Assembly (NCBI GenBank): GCA_017547545.1
Contig: JAFYPJ010000106.1
Coordinates: 1 to 42,027, forward strand
Direction: 5' to 3'
DNA from: Clostridia bacterium
Lineage (GTDB): Bacteria > Bacillota > Clostridia > Oscillospirales > CAG-272
Length of the DNA stretch: 42,027 nucleotides
Part shown: positions 9,805 through 18,174 of the stretch, piece by piece
Layout of the letters: each line of letters begins with the position of its first letter
Numbering within the stretch: position 1 is the first letter of the stretch
Translations under genes and position numbers: made by a program
The notes under the pieces: generated by a model
The model's database searches: none
The model's input: only the letters and a program-made list of their open reading frames with translations
Told to the model about the DNA's origin: nothing

Positions 9805-12267
9805 ATGTCCGAATATATATGCGCACGCGTTCAAATATTAGACCTGCCATATCAGATAGACCGTGCCTACGATTATTTCATCCCCAAGGACCTGCGCGGA
9901 GAAATCTGCGCAGGCATTTTTGCAGCAGTTCCTTTCGGTGGTTCAAACAAGGCGCAAAATGCTTTGGTAACAGAACTAAAAAATGAAAGCGATTATAATA
10001 TTTCAGAGCTTAAGCCTATACGCTCTCTGATGACAGAGGCTCCCGTTCTTAATAACGAACAGCTTAAACTGGTAGAATTTTTGAAGGATCGCTGTTTTTG
10101 TACCACGGGTGATGCCGTAAGAGCAATACTTCCCGCTGCTGCATTTTCTAAAATTGCTTTTTATTATATTTTGGGTGATATAATCCCCGATCCGGATGCT
10201 CTCAATTCAAAGCAGCTGCTTGTTTATAATGAAATCAAAACATATGCAAGAATAACGGAGGGAGAGCTTTCAAAAAACCTTGAGTTTTCCGTTGAAGAAA
10301 GTCTTCTTGCTTTAATCAAAAACAAATATGTTAAAAGAGATTTTGAGTATAAGGAGAACAAGAGTAATAAATACCTTAATTATCTTACCGTTACTCCTTT
10401 TGCAGACGATTACATAAGCGGCACAAAGAAATTAAAAAGTGAAAAGATGACCGATATTCTGCGTTTTATTTGCGAATGCGGCAGAGCAACCGATATATAT
10501 GTAAAGCAGGAGTTGGATGCCACAACTCAACAAATAAAAAGCCTTGAAAAAAAACAGCTTATAAAGACAGAAAAGGTAGATCTTTACAGAAACCCCTACG
10601 AGTTTCCCGAAAACGATAACCCCTGCAAAAAAACAATTCTTAACGAAGAACAAAGTGCTGCACACAAAAAGCTTTGCGATATGCTTGATTCCTCAAAGCC
10701 CTGTGCCGCCCTTTTACACGGAGTTACCGGAAGCGGAAAAACAAGTGTTATAAAAGCGGTAACAGACAAGGTTCTGGAAATGGGCAGGCAGGTTATCATC
10801 CTTGTACCTGAAATTTCCCTTACCCCTCAAACTCTCTCGGTATTCGGCGCATATTACGGAGATAACATTGCAGTTATGCACTCTTCCCTTTCCAGAGGGG
10901 AGCGTTACGATGCCTACCGCCGCATGCAGGAGGGATTGGTGAATGTGTGTATCGGCACAAGAAGTGCTGTATTTGCCCCCTTTTCAAATCTTGGACTGAT
11001 AGTAATAGACGAGGAACAGGAACACACCTATAAATCAGAAAACAATCCCAAATATGCCGCAATAGATGTAGCAAGATTCAGGTGCGGATATCATAATTCC
11101 ATGATGCTGCTTTCCTCCGCAACCCCTTCTGTGGGAAGCTACTATAAGGCAGAAAAAGGAGATTACACTTTAATAGAATTAAACAACCGCTACGGAAATG
11201 CTACCCTTCCGGAAGCTCATATTGTTGATATGAGAGAAGAATTCAGTAAGGGTTCCCTTTCCGCTATAGGCTCCCGCTTAAAAAATGAAATTTCCGAGGA
11301 GACCGGAAAGGGTAATCAGGCAGTTATTTTTCTGAACCGAAGGGGATACAGCAATTATGCAAGCTGCCCTCAGTGCGGTGAGGTTATTATGTGTCCTCAT
11401 TGTTCGGTATCGCTCACACGGCATAATTACAAAAGCTCTTCAAAGTTAGTGTGTCATTACTGCGGATACTCGGTGAAAATCCCCCCAAAATGCCCTTCCT
11501 GCGGCGGGGAACATCTTACCTTTATGGGGTACGGTACACAAAAGGTGGAGGAAGAGCTTCAAACACTTTTTCCGGATAAGGAAGTGTTAAGAATGGATGC
11601 CGACACCACCGGAACAAAATCCTCTTATGAAGAAATGCTTAATTCATTCCGAAATCATAACGGTGATATTCTTTTGGGAACGCAGATGGTAACAAAAGGA
11701 CATGATTTTCCCGATGTTACGCTTTCGGGAGTTTTGCTTGCGGATATGTCTTTGTATCTTGATGATTTCCGCGCAGGCGAACGAACCTTTTCCATAATCA
11801 CTCAAGTGGTTGGAAGAGCAGGAAGAGCAAACAAAAGCGGAAAAGCAATTATACAAACCTTTAATCCCGAACACCCCACCCTCAGATTGGCGGCCGATCA
11901 GGATTACAAAAGCTTCTATAAAAACGAAATAGCCTTGCGCCGTACTCTTGTTTTCCCACCCTTCTGTGATATTTTTCTTATAACAGTAACCAGCGGTTTT
12001 GAGGATGAATGTATAAAGATATGTAAAAATCTTTTGGTAAGGCTCAAAGAACTATTATCGCAAAATCCCACGGTAAAGCTTCAAATATTCGGTCCTTTTG
12101 AGGCACCTATATATAAAGTGAACGAAAAATTCCGTTGGAGATTCGTTCTGAAAGGAATTTCAAATAAACCAACAAGAGCCATGCTTGCTTTTGTTATCAA
12201 AGAGATCCTTTCAAAATCCTGTGGCAGGTTTTCAATTTCAACAGATGTAAATCCAAATAATTTATAA
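9805..12267 (+). CDS. priA: Primosomal protein N' (replication restart helicase)
   Basis: LHGVTGSGKT, LVPEISLTPQ, IDEEQE, SATPS, four CxxC, GTQMVTKG, QVVGRAGR. Confidence 0.97.
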   Translation: MSEYICARVQILDLPYQIDRAYDYFIPKDLRGEICAGIFAAVPFGGSNKAQNALVTELKNESDYNISELKPIRSLMTEAPVLNNEQLKLVEFLKDRCFCTTGDAVRAILPAAAFSKIAFYYILGDIIPDPDALNSKQLLVYNEIKTYARITEGELSKNLEFSVEESLLALIKNKYVKRDFEYKENKSNKYLNYLTVTPFADDYISGTKKLKSEKMTDILRFICECGRATDIYVKQELDATTQQIKSLEKKQLIKTEKVDLYRNPYEFPENDNPCKKTILNEEQSAAHKKLCDMLDSSKPCAALLHGVTGSGKTSVIKAVTDKVLEMGRQVIILVPEISLTPQTLSVFGAYYGDNIAVMHSSLSRGERYDAYRRMQEGLVNVCIGTRSAVFAPFSNLGLIVIDEEQEHTYKSENNPKYAAIDVARFRCGYHNSMMLLSSATPSVGSYYKAEKGDYTLIELNNRYGNATLPEAHIVDMREEFSKGSLSAIGSRLKNEISEETGKGNQAVIFLNRRGYSNYASCPQCGEVIMCPHCSVSLTRHNYKSSSKLVCHYCGYSVKIPPKCPSCGGEHLTFMGYGTQKVEEELQTLFPDKEVLRMDADTTGTKSSYEEMLNSFRNHNGDILLGTQMVTKGHDFPDVTLSGVLLADMSLYLDDFRAGERTFSIITQVVGRAGRANKSGKAIIQTFNPEHPTLRLAADQDYKSFYKNEIALRRTLVFPPFCDIFLITVTSGFEDECIKICKNLLVRLKELLSQNPTVKLQIFGPFEAPIYKVNEKFRWRFVLKGISNKPTRAMLAFVIKEILSKSCGRFSISTDVNPNNL

Positions 12268-12276
12268 GGATATGAT

Positions 12277-13503
12277 ATGACAGAAAAAATAGCAATAATC
12301 GGCGCGGGAGCTGCAGGAATGTTAGCGGCAGGCCGCCTAAGAGAATACGGTTACAGCGTAACGGTATTTGAAAAAAACGATAAGCCGGGACGAAAATTAG
12401 CCATTACGGGTAAAGGAAGGTGCAATCTTACCAACAATTGCACCCCCGATGAATTTCTTACAAACATAGTTAAAAACCCCCGTTTTATGATGAGCTCATT
12501 ATACTCATTCACACCCTATGATACAATGGAGCTTTTTGAAGCTCTTGGAGTGCCTCTGAAAACAGAACGGGGTAACAGAGTTTTTCCCGTAAGTGACAAA
12601 GCCTATGACATTGTAGATGCTTTGAAAAAATATATGGGGGTAAAGCCCGTAAATGAAAGAGTTACAGAGCTTATTTTTGAAAACGGTAAGATAAGCGGTG
12701 TTAAAACCGAAAGAAAAAGCTACTCCTTTGACAAAGTAATTGTTGCAACAGGAGGCGCATCCTATCCGCTTACCGGTTCAACAGGTGACGGCTATACTCT
12801 TGCAAAACAAGCAGGGCACAGCGTAACCGAGCTTATACCCTCTCTTATACCCATAGTAACAGAAGAAAAAGAGCCTTCCGAAATGATGGGACTTTCACTA
12901 CGCAATGTAAGACTTGATATCTATGATACACAGAAGAAAAAAACCGTTTTTTCGGAGCAGGGAGAAATGCTTTTCACCCATTTCGGTATAAGCGGCCCCC
13001 TTGTTCTTTCCGCATCTTCAAATATGCATGACATCCAAAAGGGTAAGTATGAGATCCATATTGATCTGAAGCCTGCCCTTGACGAAAAAACACTTGATGC
13101 AAGAATTTTAAATGACTTTAAAAAATATCAGAACAAAGATTTTATAAATTCATTATCAGACCTTCTTCCCCAAAAAATGATACCCGTTTTTGTTAAAACG
13201 GTTGCCATTCCCGAAAACAAAAAAGTGAATTCTATCACTAAGGAAGAAAGAAAAAGAATAGTTGGAACTTTAAAAAAACTCACTTATACCGCGAAGGGCT
13301 TCAGACCGATTTCCGAAGCAATAATTACTTCAGGCGGTGTAAATGTTAAAGAAATAAATCCAAAAACAATGGAGTCAAAGCTTGTTGAGGGACTTTTCTT
13401 TGCAGGAGAAGTACTTGATGTGGATGCTTACACAGGCGGCTTTAATCTTCAGATAGCATTTTCTACCGGTTACGCATCTGCAAATGCGATAATAAATTCT
13501 TAA
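12277..13503 (+). CDS. HI0933/BaiN/RdsA family FAD-dependent oxidoreductase
   Basis: GAGAAG, GKGRCNLTN, ATGGASYP.TGSTGDG, FTHFGISGP, TGGFNLQIAFSTG. Confidence 0.93.
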   Translation: MTEKIAIIGAGAAGMLAAGRLREYGYSVTVFEKNDKPGRKLAITGKGRCNLTNNCTPDEFLTNIVKNPRFMMSSLYSFTPYDTMELFEALGVPLKTERGNRVFPVSDKAYDIVDALKKYMGVKPVNERVTELIFENGKISGVKTERKSYSFDKVIVATGGASYPLTGSTGDGYTLAKQAGHSVTELIPSLIPIVTEEKEPSEMMGLSLRNVRLDIYDTQKKKTVFSEQGEMLFTHFGISGPLVLSASSNMHDIQKGKYEIHIDLKPALDEKTLDARILNDFKKYQNKDFINSLSDLLPQKMIPVFVKTVAIPENKKVNSITKEERKRIVGTLKKLTYTAKGFRPISEAIITSGGVNVKEINPKTMESKLVEGLFFAGEVLDVDAYTGGFNLQIAFSTGYASANAIINS

Positions 13504-13519
13504 ATATACGGAGGCTTAT

Positions 13520-14194
13520 ATGATAAATATAGCGATAGACGGCCCTTCAGGTGCCGGTAAAAGCACCATTGCCAAAGCAGTTGCAAAGAAAAAAGGGTAT
13601 ATTTATGTAGACACGGGAGCGCTTTACCGTTCTATAGGACTTTATGTATACCGTCTTGGTATCTCAAAGGAGGATAAGGAAGCAATAAAATCGGTGTTGC
13701 CTCAAATTTCTCTTGAGCTTGGGTATGTTGAAGGTGTTCAGCGTGTATATCTTAATAAAGAGGATGTAAGTGAAGAAATCCGTATGCCCGAAATTTCAAT
13801 GTATGCATCCGCTGTTTCCGCAATTCAGGAGGTTAGAGACTTTTTGCTTGAGCTTCAGCGCGATATGGCAAAAAAGCATGATGTTATAATGGACGGACGG
13901 GATATAGGTACCGTGATCCTCCCTGATGCTACAGTAAAGGTGTTTATGACAGCTACCGATGAAGGTAGAGCAAAAAGAAGATACAAGGAACTTTGTGAAA
14001 AGGGTGTGGAAACCACCTTTGAGGAGGTTCTTTCGGATATGATAAAACGAGATAAGGCCGATTCCACCCGTGAAATAGCTCCCGCTGTTCCCGCCGCAGA
14101 TGCAGTATTTTTTGACAACACCGAATTCGGAATTGAAGAAAGCGTTGATGAAATAATAAAAATAATAGACAACGCTATTGCAAAAAGAGGTTGA
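13520..14194 (+). CDS. cmk: Cytidylate kinase
   Basis: IAIDGPSGAGKST, DTGALYR, MDGRDIGT. Confidence 0.97.
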   Translation: MINIAIDGPSGAGKSTIAKAVAKKKGYIYVDTGALYRSIGLYVYRLGISKEDKEAIKSVLPQISLELGYVEGVQRVYLNKEDVSEEIRMPEISMYASAVSAIQEVRDFLLELQRDMAKKHDVIMDGRDIGTVILPDATVKVFMTATDEGRAKRRYKELCEKGVETTFEEVLSDMIKRDKADSTREIAPAVPAADAVFFDNTEFGIEESVDEIIKIIDNAIAKRG

Positions 14195-14196
14195 AA

Positions 14197-14817
14197 ATGA
14201 GCTTACATTCATTTCTTCGCACATTGTTTGCACCCCTAATGCGAGTTGTATTCCGTATACACACCCACGGTGCAGAAAACATACCCTCAGAAGGTGCTCT
14301 TATGGTTTGTTCAAACCATATTTGTGCTGCCGATGTTATATTTATTTCGGCTTCGGTCAAAAAAAGAGAGATCCGTTACATGGCAAAGGCAGAGGTTTTC
14401 AGAATACCCGTTTTAAAACACTTCCTTACCGCTATGGGAGCTTTTCCTATCAAAAGAGGCGAGGGTGATGTAGGGGCTATCAAAAAAACAATAAAGCTGC
14501 TGCGCAACGGAGAAACGGTGGGAATATTCCCTCAGGGGACAAGATGCGCCGGAAGGCATCCGAGAGAATCTGAGGTCAAGCCGGGTGCAGGTATGATAGC
14601 ATGGCGTGCACATTCGGATGTGCTTCCCGTTGCTATAATTACCAAAAACTACAAATTTGCTTTGTTTCGCCGTATAGATGTTATAATAGGCAAGCCTGTT
14701 TCTTATAATGACCTTGGATTTGAAAAGGGAAATCATGAAGAGCAGGTTGCGGCTACCAATATAATTTTTGATGAAATTTTAAAACTTCACGATAAAGGAG
14801 TACCCCCAAAATGTTAG
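14197..14817 (+). CDS. plsC: 1-acyl-sn-glycerol-3-phosphate acyltransferase
   Basis: NHICAAD (HxxxxD), MAKAE, IFPQGTR; ATG 14197 preferred over TTG 14191 on SD spacing. Confidence 0.9.
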   Translation: MSLHSFLRTLFAPLMRVVFRIHTHGAENIPSEGALMVCSNHICAADVIFISASVKKREIRYMAKAEVFRIPVLKHFLTAMGAFPIKRGEGDVGAIKKTIKLLRNGETVGIFPQGTRCAGRHPRESEVKPGAGMIAWRAHSDVLPVAIITKNYKFALFRRIDVIIGKPVSYNDLGFEKGNHEEQVAATNIIFDEILKLHDKGVPPKC

Positions 14818-16811
14818 TAGAAGTTGCCTCTCTTGCAGGCTTTTGCTTTGGTGTGGAAAGGGCGGTAGAATCGGTTGAAAAGCTTTTGGCCGAGAACAAC
14901 GCAAAGATCTATACTCTTGGAAAACTTATCCACAATCCTACTATAGTATCTTCCTTTGAAAAGCAGGGAGTTGAAATAATTGAAGCTTCGGATATAGACA
15001 GGGTGTTTGAGCAAACAAATAAAAACAATCCCTGTGTTATAGTTATCCGTGCTCACGGGGCAATCAAAGAGATAAGTGACAAGCTTACTGCATATGCAGC
15101 ACAAAATCCCTATTTCAAGATCTGCGATATGACATGTCCCCATGTTAAAAAAATACACAAGATAGCAGAACAACATTCTAAGGATGCCGACCTGACTCTG
15201 ATTTTCGGAAACATAGGACACCCCGAAGTACAGGGAATTTGTTCCTATGTTGAGGGTGATTATCTCGTTTTTGAGAAATCGGAAGACCTCGATTATGGCA
15301 AAATGACCAATAAAAAGCTGTTATGTGTGTCTCAAACGACACAAAAATTATCGGAATGGGAAAAAAGTCAAAAAAATCTCAAAAAGGTCTGTACAAATCC
15401 ATTTATTTTTGATACAATATGTAGTGTTACCGAAAATCGGCAGGAAGAAGTTGATGCTCTCTCAAAAAGAGTAGACTTGATGTTGGTTATTGGCGGGAAG
15501 GACAGCTCTAATACAAATAAGCTGTATGAAATTGCCCGTAAAAATCAGCCGAATACTTTTTTTGTAGAAGATGCCAACGATATTCCCGATATCAGGTTAA
15601 CTCCCCACGCTAAGGTGGGAATAGCTGCAGGAGCTTCTACTCCCGGCAGCATAATTAAGGAGGTAAAGAAGAAAATGAGTGTAAAAGAACTCACAACCGG
15701 CGAAAACTTCGCAGAATTACTTGATGCATCATTCAAAACTTTAAATACAGGAGATACCGTTACCGGAACAGTATTGTCAGTTACTGACGCTGAAGTTCAT
15801 GTAGACCTTGGTGCTAAGGTTACAGGAATTATCACATCTAACGACATTATCGACCCCATGGTTAAGCTTTCCGACCTTTACAAGGTTGGCGATACCGTAA
15901 CAGCTGTTGCAGTTCGCGTAAGTGACGTTGACGGTGTGGCAACATTAAGCCGCCGCCGTATTGAAGCTTCTGAAAAGTGGGAAAGCATTGTTGCAGCTTA
16001 CAACGAAGGTACTATCCTTGAGGGTAAGATTACAGAGATCGTTCGCGGCGGCGCAATCATCATTCTCAATTCCGTTAAGGTATTTATCCCCGCATCCCAG
16101 TCCGGTCTTGGAAAGGACGCTGATTTAAGCGTACTTCAGGGTACCGTACATAAGGTTAAGATCATTGACATCAACGAACAGAGAAAGCGTGCAGTTGCTT
16201 CTATCCGCGTTGTTGTTCGTGAAGAAAAGAAAGCTGCTGAAGCAGAGTTCTGGGCAACCCTTGAAAAGGATAAGAAGTTTACAGGTAAGGTTAAGTCCCT
16301 TACAAGCTACGGTGCTTTTGTAAATCTTGGTCCTGTTGACGGTATGGTTCACTTAACAGAGCTTTCCTGGAAGCGTATCAAGAATCCCGCAGAAGTTGTT
16401 TCTGTTGGCGATACTCTTGATGTATTTGTTCTTGATTTTGATGTTGAAAAGAAGAGAATTTCTCTTGGTCACAAAACCGAAGAAACAAATCCTTGGACTC
16501 TCTTCACCAATCAGTATTCTGTAGGTGATGTAGCAGCTGTTAAGATAGTTAGCATGATGCCCTTCGGTGCATTTGCTGAAGTTATCCCCGGCGCAGATGG
16601 TCTTATTCACATTTCTCAGATCGCAAACAAGAAGATCGGTAAGCCTGCTGATGTTCTTGAAATCGGCCAGGTAGTTGATGCTAAGATCACTGAGATCGAC
16701 GAAGAAAATCACAAGATCAGCCTTTCTATGAGAGCTCTCCTTGAAGAAGAGGAAGAAATTGAAGTAGAAGTTGTTGAAGAAGCAGAAGCGGTTGAAGAAG
16801 ACGCTGAATAA
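14811..16811 (+). CDS. ispH: Bifunctional 4-hydroxy-3-methylbut-2-enyl diphosphate reductase / 30S ribosomal protein S1 (IspH-RpsA fusion)
   Basis: IspH motifs GFCFGV, IHNP, RAHG, TCPHV, HPEV, DTIC, SSNT, AGASTP (aa 1-288), followed by four S1 repeats and an acidic tail. Confidence 0.95.
   Translation: MLVEVASLAGFCFGVERAVESVEKLLAENNAKIYTLGKLIHNPTIVSSFEKQGVEIIEASDIDRVFEQTNKNNPCVIVIRAHGAIKEISDKLTAYAAQNPYFKICDMTCPHVKKIHKIAEQHSKDADLTLIFGNIGHPEVQGICSYVEGDYLVFEKSEDLDYGKMTNKKLLCVSQTTQKLSEWEKSQKNLKKVCTNPFIFDTICSVTENRQEEVDALSKRVDLMLVIGGKDSSNTNKLYEIARKNQPNTFFVEDANDIPDIRLTPHAKVGIAAGASTPGSIIKEVKKKMSVKELTTGENFAELLDASFKTLNTGDTVTGTVLSVTDAEVHVDLGAKVTGIITSNDIIDPMVKLSDLYKVGDTVTAVAVRVSDVDGVATLSRRRIEASEKWESIVAAYNEGTILEGKITEIVRGGAIIILNSVKVFIPASQSGLGKDADLSVLQGTVHKVKIIDINEQRKRAVASIRVVVREEKKAAEAEFWATLEKDKKFTGKVKSLTSYGAFVNLGPVDGMVHLTELSWKRIKNPAEVVSVGDTLDVFVLDFDVEKKRISLGHKTEETNPWTLFTNQYSVGDVAAVKIVSMMPFGAFAEVIPGADGLIHISQIANKKIGKPADVLEIGQVVDAKITEIDEENHKISLSMRALLEEEEEIEVEVVEEAEAVEEDAE
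15361..15418 (+). promoter_or_regulatory. Putative internal sigma-A promoter inside ispH driving the S1 moiety
   Basis: A-tracts 15361-15385, TGTACA (15390-15395), 17 bp spacer, TG-n-TACAAT (15410-15418). Confidence 0.55.
15657..15677 (+). promoter_or_regulatory. Internal Shine-Dalgarno and in-frame ATG (Met289) at the IspH/S1 boundary
   Basis: AAGGAGGT at 15657-15664; ATG at 15675 is in frame (864 nt from 14811). Confidence 0.65.
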
Positions 16812-16824
16812 ACATTAAGTTTTT

Positions 16825-16854
16825 ATCCCACCGCTTCGGCGGTGGGATTATTTT
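16825..16854 (+). terminator. Intrinsic terminator
   Basis: ATCCCACCGC-TTCG-GCGGTGGGAT followed by TATTTT. Confidence 0.85.
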
Positions 16855-16888
16855 AAAAATTCCAGAAAATACGGAGTATAATATTATT

Positions 16889-18058
16889 ATGGAAAAGGTT
16901 TTAAGATTTGGTGTAGTTGGTGTTGGTAATATGGGTTGTTCCCATGTTCTCTACCTTAACGAAGGAAAGGTTATCGGTGCTACAATTACCGCAGCCTGCG
17001 ATATCAAGCAGGACAGACTTGATTGGGTAAGAGATGAGGTTAATCCCGACATCAAGCTTTACACAGATTATAAGGAAATGATTGATTCCGGTGAGATTGA
17101 TGCTATCATTATTGCTACTCCTCACTACTTGCATCCCGTTATCGGTATTTATGCATTTGAAAAGGGACTCCATGTAATGAGTGAAAAGCCCATCGGTGTT
17201 TATACCAAGCATGCAAAAGACTTTATTGATGCTGCAAAGAAATCCGGCAAGGTATTCGGACTTATGTTCAATTGCCGTCCTGAACCCTACTATAAGAAGA
17301 TAAGAGAAATGGTAAAAAGCGGTGAGCTGGGCGATATTAAGAGAAGTATCTGGATAATTACCAACTGGTACCGTACACAGGACTATTACAACAGCGGCGG
17401 ATGGAGAGCTACATATTCCGGTGAAGGCGGCGGTGTTCTTATTAACCAGTGTCCTCATCAGCTCGACCTTTGGCAGTGGATCATGGGTATGCCCACTCGT
17501 GTTCGTGCATTTGCTTCCTTTGGTAAGTACCATGATATAGAGGTTGAAGACGAGGTTACTGCATATACCGAATATGCAGACGGTTCCACAGGTGTATTTA
17601 TTACTACAACAGGCGAATATCCCGGAACAAACCGTCTTGAAATTACCGGTACAAAGGGTAAGTTGGTTTACGAATTCGGCAAGCTTACATTCTACCGCCT
17701 CGGTATGGATGAAAGAGAATACTGCTTCAAGGCAGATGACAGCTTTGGCGCACTTGAATGTACCGAAGAAGAGGTTATCGCTACAGGCTTTACCAAGGGC
17801 CACCGTACAGTAACACAGAACTTTGTTGACCATATACTTAACGGAACAGAGCTCCTTGCTCCCGGCGAAGAGGGTATCAACAGCTTAACACTTTCCAATG
17901 CAATGGTTCTTTCCCAGTGGACCGACAATTGGGTTGAAATCCCCAATGACGGCGAACTCTATTGGGAGATCCTTCAGGACAGAATTGCTAATTCTAAGGA
18001 AAAGAAGGTTGTTAATGAAAAGGTTTCAGACCTTTCCAACACATTCAATATGAAATAA
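16889..18058 (+). CDS. Gfo/Idh/MocA family NAD(P)-dependent oxidoreductase
   Basis: GVVGVGNMG, ATPHYLH, SEKP, GGGVLINQCPHQLD. Confidence 0.92.
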   Translation: MEKVLRFGVVGVGNMGCSHVLYLNEGKVIGATITAACDIKQDRLDWVRDEVNPDIKLYTDYKEMIDSGEIDAIIIATPHYLHPVIGIYAFEKGLHVMSEKPIGVYTKHAKDFIDAAKKSGKVFGLMFNCRPEPYYKKIREMVKSGELGDIKRSIWIITNWYRTQDYYNSGGWRATYSGEGGGVLINQCPHQLDLWQWIMGMPTRVRAFASFGKYHDIEVEDEVTAYTEYADGSTGVFITTTGEYPGTNRLEITGTKGKLVYEFGKLTFYRLGMDEREYCFKADDSFGALECTEEEVIATGFTKGHRTVTQNFVDHILNGTELLAPGEEGINSLTLSNAMVLSQWTDNWVEIPNDGELYWEILQDRIANSKEKKVVNEKVSDLSNTFNMK

Positions 18059-18091
18059 ATGGTGGTTTTTTAAAACCACCATTTATTTTTT
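18053..18091 (+). terminator. Intrinsic terminator
   Basis: AAATAAATGGTGGTTTT / AAAACCACCATTTATTT inverted repeat followed by a T tract. Confidence 0.8.
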
Positions 18092-18100
18092 CTCAAACTC

Positions 18101-18129
18101 TTGATTATAAAATATATTTATGATATAAT
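18101..18129 (+). promoter_or_regulatory. sigma-A promoter of argS-yebC
   Basis: TTGATT, 17 bp spacer, TG-n-TATAAT. Confidence 0.75.
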
Positions 18130-18174
18130 GGTATCTGTATTATTATGTGTAAATTATATACAGGAGAATATAGA

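Noticed and set aside
16790-16811. S1 fusion and the Cys-rich protein both end in EDAE*
   Set aside because: A four-residue match in acidic low-complexity tails is compatible with chance.
16901-17833. 310-aa antisense ORF opposite the Gfo/Idh/MocA gene (similar shadows at 5262-5897 and 18190-18795)
   Set aside because: Antisense shadow expected from biased codon usage of the sense gene; no recognisable motifs.
18059-18174. Possible T-box leader for argS
   Set aside because: The promoter is only about 45 nt from the ATG and no T-box sequence is present.
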